Positions 50,139-58,360 of a DNA stretch of 64,000 nt are shown here, piece after piece (within the stretch, counting starts at the first letter, position 1; the number at the start of each line of letters is the position of its first letter). Made by a program: the position numbers and the translations under genes. The notes below the pieces were generated by a model, which was not told the DNA's origin, did not search any database, and saw only the letters and a program-made list of their open reading frames with translations. Source of the stretch: Thermoproteota archaeon (lineage in GTDB: Archaea; Korarchaeota; JAOZGF01; JAOZFZ01); assembly GCA_027492035.1 (NCBI GenBank), contig JAOZFT010000015.1, positions 9,043-73,042 of the forward strand, in the 5' to 3' direction.

Positions 50139-51524
50139 TTATTTGTACCACTCTATTCCGATATCACTTAACTCCCTTTTAACTGATTCATATATTTTAA
50201 TGTAACTTTTTGCGGGTTTCACCCTCTTTATGTCATAGCATTCTTGGAATTTTTTACCTAAGGGGGCGTTCTTGATTTTGTCACTATATTTCTTCAAAAT
50301 CTCTTTCACGATAACGTTTGCATCTGTTCTTTTCATTCCCAATACTGAATACGCTATTTCAGCCGCAAATTTAGGTTCTAAAGGTGTGAAATAATCTTCA
50401 TGCTTGTTTTTAGCCACCCCTACTGCCTCTATGTGGCCGCCGGAAACAATTGGTGAAATTACTGACGCAGCGGTTTCGTAGAGAACCATGTCAGTATGAG
50501 GCCCTGCAGCCACATACACCAAAGGAATGGTTAAAAAGTTTGTGTTAAGGCTTACAGCTTGGGTGTAGACCGAATTTACCCAGATCAAGTCAGGGGTTGT
50601 GTTACAGACGTGCCATATGTGTAGAGGGAAGGGGCTGAAATAAACAGCTTTAAAAACAAGGCTTCCTAAAAAGTGATGTGCAACTGTTGAAACAGCTGAC
50701 CCTTCAGGTCCTCCAGCGTATCCACCAACCATTGGGGAGAAGTCGATGTCAATGGGTGCACCAAAGGACATTATGGTACATGCTTTGTTTAATCTGTCAA
50801 AATCAACTTTCATAGGATCAAGAACCCCTATCATGAACCCATCTGACTGCCTTAGTCCATATTTTGGATGTAAAGCAGCTGCGAGAGAAACAGCTGATTC
50901 AGCTGTCGAAAGGGTGTTCATGATAGGTATACCAGGTCTTCCAACTCTTCTCATTCCTTCTCTAGCTAAAACAGCATTTCTTATAGCTCCCAAAACCTCT
51001 AAAGGTGACCTGGGTCTAATTCTCATTCCATTCACATTAGTTAAAGCAGGGGTGGTGATAGAGTTTGTTTCAGGTATAGAGGCATACCCTTCCATCAATG
51101 CTAGAAATATAGCTTCAGAAGATACTGGCCCACCTGCTGCACCTAAGAAGCACCATGGAGACTGTTTATCTTCAGGTTTTCTAGGCATCAATGCTTTTCT
51201 ATCGTTTCCTTCTCCGAAATAAACCTTTTTTGGGGCTTTTCTCAATTCTTCCTTAACTTCCTCCTCACTAAACTTTATTACTCTACCAGTGTCAACACAA
51301 TAGGCACCTGTTTCAACAAAGAATTCAAAAGCTGCATTAAAAACGTCTTTAGCCAAGCCGTTATCAGCTGGAACCAGTTCTTCACCGTCATACTTTATGT
51401 CATACTCCTTTACCTTCTCTCTTAAGTTTTTTGAATAAATTCTTAGTTCATAATCTCTTGGAAGTACAGGTTTACCTGTTAAAGCTTTCTCCATCACATC
51501 TAAAAACGTAACCAATTCTATCAC
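50139..51524 (-). CDS. MtmB-like methyltransferase (monomethylamine methyltransferase family homolog without pyrrolysine codon)
   Basis: 461 aa uninterrupted ORF. ETGAYCVDTGRVIKFSEEEV matches MtmB ECGIYCTDTHRIVKYTEDEI, GRPGIPIMNTLS matches GRPGMGV(Pyl)GPETS, and C-terminal GKKFQECYDIKRVKPAKSYIKIYE matches GKTFQECYDVKTVTPTEEYMQVYD. Sits 4 nt downstream of a corrinoid protein gene. Confidence 0.75.
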   Translation of the reverse strand: MIELVTFLDVMEKALTGKPVLPRDYELRIYSKNLREKVKEYDIKYDGEELVPADNGLAKDVFNAAFEFFVETGAYCVDTGRVIKFSEEEVKEELRKAPKKVYFGEGNDRKALMPRKPEDKQSPWCFLGAAGGPVSSEAIFLALMEGYASIPETNSITTPALTNVNGMRIRPRSPLEVLGAIRNAVLAREGMRRVGRPGIPIMNTLSTAESAVSLAAALHPKYGLRQSDGFMIGVLDPMKVDFDRLNKACTIMSFGAPIDIDFSPMVGGYAGGPEGSAVSTVAHHFLGSLVFKAVYFSPFPLHIWHVCNTTPDLIWVNSVYTQAVSLNTNFLTIPLVYVAAGPHTDMVLYETAASVISPIVSGGHIEAVGVAKNKHEDYFTPLEPKFAAEIAYSVLGMKRTDANVIVKEILKKYSDKIKNAPLGKKFQECYDIKRVKPAKSYIKIYESVKRELSDIGIEWYK

Positions 51525-51528
51525 TTCC

Positions 51529-52194
51529 TCACTTCTTCTTTTTTTCTAAAAGAGTAGCCGCCACTTTAACTGCATCCGTTGCAGTTTCTCCATACCCATC
51601 CGCGCCTATTTGTTCAGCCCATTCTGGAGTTGTTGGTCCTCCTCCAACTAAGACTATATATTTCTCTCTTACTCCTTGGGCCTTTAAGTATTCAATAACA
51701 TCTTTTTGTCCGCCAATGGTTGAGGACATTAAAGCTGAAACAGCTATTATATTTGCCCCGAATTTCTCTGCTTCTGTGTAAAATTTAGCTGCTGGAACAT
51801 CCACCCCTAAATCCAAAACATCGAAACCGTTAACTTTCAGCATTGTTGCCACTACATTTTTTCCTAATTCATGAATATCTCCCATCACTGTACCAATTAC
51901 GACTTTACCCTTCTTCTCCTCAAGTTTTGCAGTTTTAGGTATATGGGGAAGCAATATTTTCAAGGCCTTATCCATAGCTTCACCAGCCATCATCAAATCT
52001 GTTAAGAATATTTCCATTTTTTCAAATTTTTCCCCTACAATTTTCATTCCTTCAGCCAGTCCCTTCTCTATTGCTTCTAAAGGATTAATGTTTGCTTTAA
52101 TTATTTCCTTGGATAAATTAACTACCTCATCTTCATCTATTTCAATAATAGCCTTCTTTAACTTGTCAATTAGCTCAGCGCCCTTATTACTCAT
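51529..52194 (-). CDS. Corrinoid (B12-binding) protein, MtmC-like
   Basis: 221 aa; B12-binding cap plus DxHxxG motif (GDIHELGKNVV). Confidence 0.85.
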   Translation of the reverse strand: MSNKGAELIDKLKKAIIEIDEDEVVNLSKEIIKANINPLEAIEKGLAEGMKIVGEKFEKMEIFLTDLMMAGEAMDKALKILLPHIPKTAKLEEKKGKVVIGTVMGDIHELGKNVVATMLKVNGFDVLDLGVDVPAAKFYTEAEKFGANIIAVSALMSSTIGGQKDVIEYLKAQGVREKYIVLVGGGPTTPEWAEQIGADGYGETATDAVKVAATLLEKKKK

Positions 52195-52434
52195 TTACTC
52201 TTTCACCTCTCGGGTTCCCCCCTCCTGTAAAAATTTTAAATAATTGATGTTATTTTAGGAATAAGTGCCAAAAAATATTTTTAAATTTAACTTTTTTCTC
52301 TCTCCTAAGGATCAGTTAAGAAGATTTCTGGAAGAATCTTAATTGGAGGGTAGCCGTGAAAATTAAAGAATAGAAATTGAAGGGAAAAACTTAATTAAGA
52401 CAACTTCTGCATTTCCCCCAATTTTTTGCTTTTT

Positions 52435-53340
52435 GTTTTTAAACTATGTTTTCCATGCCTTTAAGGTCATAGAGAATTAAGTTCAGGTTTTCAATTTTTA
52501 TTTTTTCTTTTCCTTGGATTTCTCTTGTTATTAAGCAATAGGTTTTCTCTTTTATTTCAATTTCTTCAGCTTTGGCTTTAAGTTTTTTCAGGATTCTTAT
52601 TGTTTCTAACGGTTTCAGGACCCCTCATTTTACCTCTGCCAATATTGCTTTATCTTTGGATTTGTTAATGGCTAACAAATTTATTTCAGCAGGATTTCCT
52701 CTTTTTGTTTTCCACCATTACCCCCAATCTTGGTTATTGTGAAAGATAGATTCCTGTTCTCTAAAAGAAACTTTTTTAGCTACTTCCTTGAAAATCTGTC
52801 TCATATAATGCGAGTATCCCCTCTTAATATTCTTTAAAAGGCCCCCTCCCCTATTAAGTCCTTATTTGGATAATGTAACGGAACCAGAAATTGAAGTAAT
52901 TATCTTTGAGTTTGTAGAGCCTTTTCTTAGCGACTGGTTTTTCTAGAACAGGGGTTTCATAAGAAACTATCTCTAAGGTTCGGAGTGTTTCTAGATAACG
53001 TGTAACAGCAGCTCTGTCCAGGCCTGTTGTTTCAGCTATTTCATTCACTTTTCTTCAGCCTTCAGCCACAGCCTTAAATATCAACTTGTAATTCCTTGTT
53101 TCCCTTAACTCTTGTCTGAGAAGATTTTCAGCTTCTTCATACGGCTCCCCTCAAGAGAAGCCTATCTACATTCTCCCAAAATGTGAGATTTGGTTTTAAC
53201 TTAACTAAATATGCAGATATTCCCCCCATGGAACCGTATACACGCAAAAACATCTGAGTAACTATATCCAAGCACAAATTCCCTTGTAGCTTACGTTGTT
53301 CTTGTCTTGATTTTCTTCTTCATCCACCAATTTACGTAAC
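52435..53340 (-). pseudogene. Degraded remnant of an archaeal ATPase/DUF234-type (HTH plus FWF-motif) gene
   Basis: Minus-strand fragments with family-like sequence: GEPYEEAENLLRQELRETRNYKLIFKAVAEG, then an in-frame TGA, then VNEIAETTGLDRAAVTRYLETLRTLEIV...YKLKDNYFNFWFRYI (DUF234-like FWFR motif), then a separate fragment ...ILKKLKAKAEEIEIKEKTYCLITREIQGKEKIKIENLNLILYDLKGMENIV. No intact long ORF on either strand. Confidence 0.4.
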
Positions 53341-53564
53341 ATGTGTCACGATAATTATTTTAAACTATTTTACTAAATTATTAACAGTATTAGCGAGAAA
53401 AGGTAAGTAAAAGAAATGAAAAGGTTTGATAGAGGATGGGTCGTAATTATTTAAAGGATTTTTTTAAAATAAATTTTTTAAATCTAAATGGAGGATTGCG
53501 TCCTTAATTTTTCAGAAAAAGTGTTGTAGAGGTTTTTAAATTGAAAAAGTTGAAAGGGAGAAGG

Positions 53565-54071
53565 ATGGTTTTTCTCGTTGCAGACCTAACCTATGATGAT
53601 GAATTATTTTTTCCTTATTACTGGCTGAAATGGGAAGGAGCGGAAACTGAAATTTCTGGACTTTCAGAAACCCACATCTCAAGGTTTGGCCGTGAAATAA
53701 AAACAGATTTGTTAGTTAACCAGTTAAAACCTGAAAATTATGATGCAGTAATCATTCCAGGTGGTTTCGGCCCTGATAAACTAAGAACAAACAAATTTGT
53801 GCTTCGATTCGTTAAGTCAATGTTTGAAATGAGGAAGCTGGTGGCTGCAATTTGCCACGGTCCACAAGTTCTTATTTCTGCAGGAATAATTAAAAACAAA
53901 ACCTTGACTTGCCTAGATAGAATTGCAGTGGATGTGGTGAATGCAGGAGGAAAATACGTTAATAAAGAAGTTGTTAGAGACGGAAATTTAATTACTTCAA
54001 GAAATCCTTACGACTTACCAGCTTTCACAACGGCTATAATTGAGTTTTTTATAAGGGAAAAGGAACCTTAA
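53565..54071 (+). CDS. DJ-1/PfpI family protein (class I glutamine amidotransferase-like fold)
   Basis: Nucleophile elbow AICHGPQVL, IIPGG motif; ATG at 53565 preceded by AAGGGAGAAGG, preferred over the upstream TTG at 53541. Confidence 0.8.
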   Translation: MVFLVADLTYDDELFFPYYWLKWEGAETEISGLSETHISRFGREIKTDLLVNQLKPENYDAVIIPGGFGPDKLRTNKFVLRFVKSMFEMRKLVAAICHGPQVLISAGIIKNKTLTCLDRIAVDVVNAGGKYVNKEVVRDGNLITSRNPYDLPAFTTAIIEFFIREKEP

Positions 54072-54094
54072 AAGTTTAATTTTGGGGACTTTCC

Positions 54095-55768
54095 TTGTTT
54101 ATTGAATTTAAAAAAATCAAAATCTACTCTGACTCAGTTAAAACACTCTACTTTACAGTGGAGAGCTTAACTAGGTTAATGAGGAAAGTGCCTGAACTGA
54201 AAAAACTTGAAAACCTGATCCTGTACGTTGGAAACCCAAGAAACATGCTTCATGATTTAAGGAAAGAATTGTCGAGTAAGGGTTTAAATCTGCTGCAGCA
54301 AGAGCTGGAAATTAGAGGGCTAAGTTTAAGTTTTAGAGATAAGGAAAATGAAATTGTGTTGGTAAACCTTGAAGATGCAACATTAACTGGTGCAGAAGGT
54401 TCAAAAGAATCATGGATGAAATCCTTCACCGGAGTTTTAGCCCATGAAATAATTCATTCAATCCAAAGAGAACTGGGTTTTGAAGAACTTATGAACAAGG
54501 CTTTAGAGGAGACGTATTACATTCTTGAAGAAATAATGGAAAGTGAAAAATTGAAAACTCCTGAGTTTAAAAAATCTTTTCTAGAGTTCGTTAAAACAGC
54601 TTTGCTTTCACTTAAAGATTTAGCAGTAAACACTTACATGATTGACTGCAGTTTAAAGGATGAATGCTTAGCTTATCAATTTGAAGATTTCAAAAAGGGG
54701 AAAGGTGAACTAAAACCACAATTTTACGACTTTAAACCTGGAAAGAAACCTAAAAAGGAGGAAATACTGAAAATCCTGGAGGCTCTTGAATTCGAAATAA
54801 TGCTTTTACCCTCTTGGCTTCCCTTCTCTATAGAAGCATCATCCTACGCTGAAAAACTACTTCAAACCCTAAATCTATACTACAGATCATCAACAAAAAA
54901 CATAGCTTTACAGATGGGTTTCATAGAGCCATTTTACCTCTATAGTTTCTCTTATAGTGAAAATTTCTACAAAAAATATTTCTACTTCCTTTACTCACTA
55001 CTCTACGAAATAATTACTGGTAAACCATTCTTTGTCCTACATATAGCTGACGCGTTTAAAGTGTTTGAAGAGGAACCATTCGAAAATAAAGAAACAGTTG
55101 AGAGTACTCTACTGAAATCAGCATATTTAGGGCTTCAAAACGATGCCAGACACAGCGAAGAATTTAAAATAGTTGAGGAAGAACTTAAACAGAAACTGTC
55201 AGCTGCAGAATGGGAAGAGTGGATTGAAATAAAAAATAAGTATACTCCATCTGACTTAATTAAACTACCTGTGTTAATTTTGATAAATGAAGGAATGAAA
55301 AAACTGTTAAGCAACAAAAAGACACATTTAATCCAAGCAGCTTTAAGCTTAAGTTTAACAGGTGCCTTTATCTACAACAACGAAGTTTTTAAGAAAGTAG
55401 CTGAGCATTTAAAATTTAAGGAAGTGCCTAAAAATATCTGGGATGTAGTAACCAACCTCCTTCTAGCCTACACCTTCTTGTCAACAAATATTCATGGGGA
55501 AAAATTCAGGAAGAGACATGTAGTACAGCTTGTTGAATCATTGAGGAAATTTAAGGTTCCACCAAGTTACCCAAATTTAAAATTTGCATTTGAAGTTTTC
55601 TGGGAAGCTAAGAAACCAAAAAAATCAATTGAAAAATTCACTCAAGTAATAATTCACTTAGCTCAAGTGTACGGCGTGAAAGTTGAACTTCACCCCACCG
55701 TATTCGCTGCTTTACTGGCTGCCAACTGGGAAACGGATGACATTAAAAAGGTAATTTTAGGGATTTAA
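54095..55768 (+). CDS. Uncharacterised protein with HExxH motif (possible zincin-like metallopeptidase domain)
   Basis: 557 aa, mostly predicted alpha-helical; single motif VLAHEIIHSIQREL; no recognisable family; TTG start listed, true start uncertain. Confidence 0.45.
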   Translation: MFIEFKKIKIYSDSVKTLYFTVESLTRLMRKVPELKKLENLILYVGNPRNMLHDLRKELSSKGLNLLQQELEIRGLSLSFRDKENEIVLVNLEDATLTGAEGSKESWMKSFTGVLAHEIIHSIQRELGFEELMNKALEETYYILEEIMESEKLKTPEFKKSFLEFVKTALLSLKDLAVNTYMIDCSLKDECLAYQFEDFKKGKGELKPQFYDFKPGKKPKKEEILKILEALEFEIMLLPSWLPFSIEASSYAEKLLQTLNLYYRSSTKNIALQMGFIEPFYLYSFSYSENFYKKYFYFLYSLLYEIITGKPFFVLHIADAFKVFEEEPFENKETVESTLLKSAYLGLQNDARHSEEFKIVEEELKQKLSAAEWEEWIEIKNKYTPSDLIKLPVLILINEGMKKLLSNKKTHLIQAALSLSLTGAFIYNNEVFKKVAEHLKFKEVPKNIWDVVTNLLLAYTFLSTNIHGEKFRKRHVVQLVESLRKFKVPPSYPNLKFAFEVFWEAKKPKKSIEKFTQVIIHLAQVYGVKVELHPTVFAALLAANWETDDIKKVILGI

Positions 55769-55778
55769 CATTGAGAAA

Positions 55779-56201
55779 ATGTTTCTCAAACATTCACCAA
55801 CTGAATTTTTCAAAAAGGGAGATGCAGTGAACGAGAAAGATAAAAGCAAAGTTGTTCAACTTATTCTTGACGGTGAAGTGGAAAAAGCATTAAAAATTGT
55901 TTGTGACAGTTACGGAAGAAAAATTCCTAAATTGAAAGTTGGAAAAGTGAAAAGACACAGCAAGGCTTTAGCTGTTTATGTCCCTAGAAAAGCGACGATA
56001 TTCCTTTCTAAAGGATCCTTGGCAAGAAATCCTTTCATTATTTTGCATGAACTTTACCATCACCTTAGGTTCTCTAATGGAAAACATAAAGGTACAGAAA
56101 AGTATGCTAACGAATTCGCTTTATCATTCATAAAATCCTACGTTTTAAACTTTTTAAAAAAGAAAGGAGCTACTGGAAAAAAAAGTAACCAGTTTCTGTA
56201 A
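55779..56201 (+). CDS. Small basic protein with HExxH(H) motif (DUF45/WLM/ImmA-like metal-dependent hydrolase candidate)
   Basis: 140 aa; FIILHELYHHLRFSNGKH; 10 nt downstream of the 557-aa HExxH protein. Confidence 0.4.
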   Translation: MFLKHSPTEFFKKGDAVNEKDKSKVVQLILDGEVEKALKIVCDSYGRKIPKLKVGKVKRHSKALAVYVPRKATIFLSKGSLARNPFIILHELYHHLRFSNGKHKGTEKYANEFALSFIKSYVLNFLKKKGATGKKSNQFL

Positions 56202-56329
56202 AAGTTAAGTAAGAAATCTAGCGCTGTCGATTATTGTTAACGTAATCTTTCCTGAACGGAAAGAGTTGCATAAAGTAACTTAATAGGAAAGGAACCTTAT
56301 CTATTTTGAACAAAACTAAGGAACATAAC

Positions 56330-57403
56330 TTATTTTGTAATTGTTTCAATTTTACAAACATCACTTGATTTTTCAAGCACTCTATTTATAACTATTTCCA
56401 CAATAACTTTACAGAGGTAAGGGATCTGTTCCAAGTTCGACTTAAAGTTTTCTAGATTAGCAACCACCTTTGTCTTTTTTTCGTTCTTAATTATTTCTTC
56501 ACTTACTTTTGAACTCAAGCTTTTTATTAAGTCAGCTTCCTCTATTGCTTCACTAGCTAAATATATATCCATTTTATAAAGTGCCTCCATTGTTTTATCC
56601 AACACTTTTCCCACGAATCCGCTGAAATTTAATAGTTCTTTAATGAGTTCTTTGTTGCAACTGCATTTTAAAGGTTCAAGGGATAGAATTGCTTTCGCCA
56701 TTTTTTCAATGTTATCAGCTATAAGCTCCAAGTTCTTAGCTATTGTTCTGTTACCTATTATATGGTCAATAGACTCTATCCCAACCTCCTTTCTGATTTC
56801 CTTGTTGTGAAGCGAAATTATGAGTTGCCTAACAACGAACCAGTAAATCCGGTCTACTTCATCTTCTAAATGGAAAACTTCATCTAACAAATCTGGTTTT
56901 GATTCACTAAACGCAGTCATTACCTTTTCAAACATCACTGAAATTATTGAATGCATTCTTTTAAATAAACCGTAAATCGGGAATTTGGAAGGGTCAACAA
57001 AACACTGAATAACAACTTTTTTAGGGGTTTGTTCAATAACCCCTATCCCTGACAATCTATTAATTAACTTCTGAATTTCTTTAAGATATTCTTGCTTAAG
57101 TTTATGTTTAGAAACAATACTTATTGTGTCATGGCCGGTGACGTAACAACCAGTAAGAAGCCTTGTTACAAGTTTAGGTTTCTTACATGAATCAGAGAAT
57201 ATTGTACATTTTGTCACTTTATTTTTCCTTTGGTTTTTAAAACCCGGGTAAATCTTTAGCGATCCATCTTCTCTTCTTTCGATTGTTACTATTTCCCCAG
57301 GCTTTAGCCCTGTTTCTTCCACCCAACTTTTAGGTAAGGAAACAACGAGAGTTGAGCGTCCTAACTTCTGGGTTTTACGTACCTCCAAGCAGCATACCTC
57401 CAA
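56330..57403 (-). CDS. AbrB/SpoVT-domain fused to PhoU-like domains (archaeal PhoU-type regulator)
   Basis: N-terminal LGRSTLVVSLPKSWVEETGLKPGEIVTIERREDGSLKIYP is a swapped-hairpin AbrB/MazE-type domain; the C-terminal 250 aa form helical PhoU-like repeats. Confidence 0.55.
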   Translation of the reverse strand: MEVCCLEVRKTQKLGRSTLVVSLPKSWVEETGLKPGEIVTIERREDGSLKIYPGFKNQRKNKVTKCTIFSDSCKKPKLVTRLLTGCYVTGHDTISIVSKHKLKQEYLKEIQKLINRLSGIGVIEQTPKKVVIQCFVDPSKFPIYGLFKRMHSIISVMFEKVMTAFSESKPDLLDEVFHLEDEVDRIYWFVVRQLIISLHNKEIRKEVGIESIDHIIGNRTIAKNLELIADNIEKMAKAILSLEPLKCSCNKELIKELLNFSGFVGKVLDKTMEALYKMDIYLASEAIEEADLIKSLSSKVSEEIIKNEKKTKVVANLENFKSNLEQIPYLCKVIVEIVINRVLEKSSDVCKIETITK

Positions 57404-57437
57404 TTTCCTCTAAATTTTAACTTTTTAAATTCGAGGT

Positions 57438-57878
57438 TTACTGTTTATTTTCAAAATGAAATACCGCAGTTAATTTTTCTGCCTTTCTCTGTTTTAAATT
57501 CTTTACTGGTTTTAGTTGATTTAAGTTGTTAGTTTCCCTAAAGGAGTGATCAGCCTTAAATTTGCTGCTTTCTCTCTCTTGTTCAAGCAAGGGTTCTTTT
57601 TCTAAATTACTTCTAGAATGTTCCCCCATAGGAAAACCAAGCAAGAGATATAGGGACGTAGAAAAAGTTTTTGGTAAAATATCTAACATTGAAAATTTCG
57701 AGAAGAGGACAGAAAACACAACCGCGAAAGAGAAAAACAAGGATTCATTTAAATAATACCTAAAATGCAGTGTAAAGAATAATTTCAAATAGTAAATGGC
57801 TATTATGAATGAAATTGAAGTAAAGGAAGTAAAAATCGCGAAATAAAAACCTTTAACTTTTCTAACCATTTTTTCCAC
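57438..57878 (-). CDS. Small membrane protein (hypothetical)
   Basis: 146 aa, two or three hydrophobic helices then a charged tail; no family recognised. Confidence 0.35.
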   Translation of the reverse strand: MEKMVRKVKGFYFAIFTSFTSISFIIAIYYLKLFFTLHFRYYLNESLFFSFAVVFSVLFSKFSMLDILPKTFSTSLYLLLGFPMGEHSRSNLEKEPLLEQERESSKFKADHSFRETNNLNQLKPVKNLKQRKAEKLTAVFHFENKQ

Positions 57879-57917
57879 CCTTTCTAAATTGACAAGGAAG
57901 CTTATTTATTTATTTCG

Positions 57918-57949
57918 TTTATAAACGTCTATAAACGTTTGTAAACGTA
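57918..57949. repeat. Three tandem copies of a TATAAACGT-like decamer
   Basis: tttATAAACGTCtATAAACGTTtGTAAACGTaa, 40-70 bp upstream of the 57878 start on the minus strand, inside a 480-bp AT-rich intergenic region. Confidence 0.6.
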
Positions 57950-58360
57950 AAGAAAAGTTTCTAGGCGTTTAATTCGGCAAGAAAAGACGAGTAATTAGTC
58001 AAATAAAGAAGAAGTTTATTATAGAGTTCCCTTCAAAAGAAAGTTTGACAATTAAGAAAAAAGGTAAAAAATTAAATTTTTTACGTAATAAGTAACTTAA
58101 ACTTCTATTTTTTACAAAAAAATTCTTTTATGGCAGTAATTTATTCGAAAAATACATAACTGCATCGCCACTTAACATTTTTCTTTTTTTTAATTTTAAA
58201 AAATAGTAAATGGGAGGTGAAAATATCAAACTGTGTTAATTTTATTTAGTCAGGAACTTCCTCTTTGATCAAGAAAGAATTAATTTGAAATGTTCTGGAA
58301 CAACTTAACAAGCCCATACTACCCTTATCAACTATTTTTTAAACAGAAGCCGTGGATTAA

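Noticed and set aside
50139-51524. Possibility that the MtmB-like and MttB-like genes contain in-frame amber (pyrrolysine) codons
   Set aside because: All four ORFs are uninterrupted over the full family length, and the Pyl-aligned positions carry canonical residues. No pylT-like sequence or pylS/BCD gene is visible in this window. I cannot exclude Pyl machinery elsewhere in the genome.
52854-53048. 64-aa ORF (MNEIAETTGLDRAAVTRYLETL...FWFRYIIQIRT) listed in the ORF track
   Set aside because: It is a fragment of the decayed ATPase-DUF234 gene. The HTH and FWFR motifs continue upstream across an in-frame TGA, so it is reported as part of a pseudogene, not as a gene.
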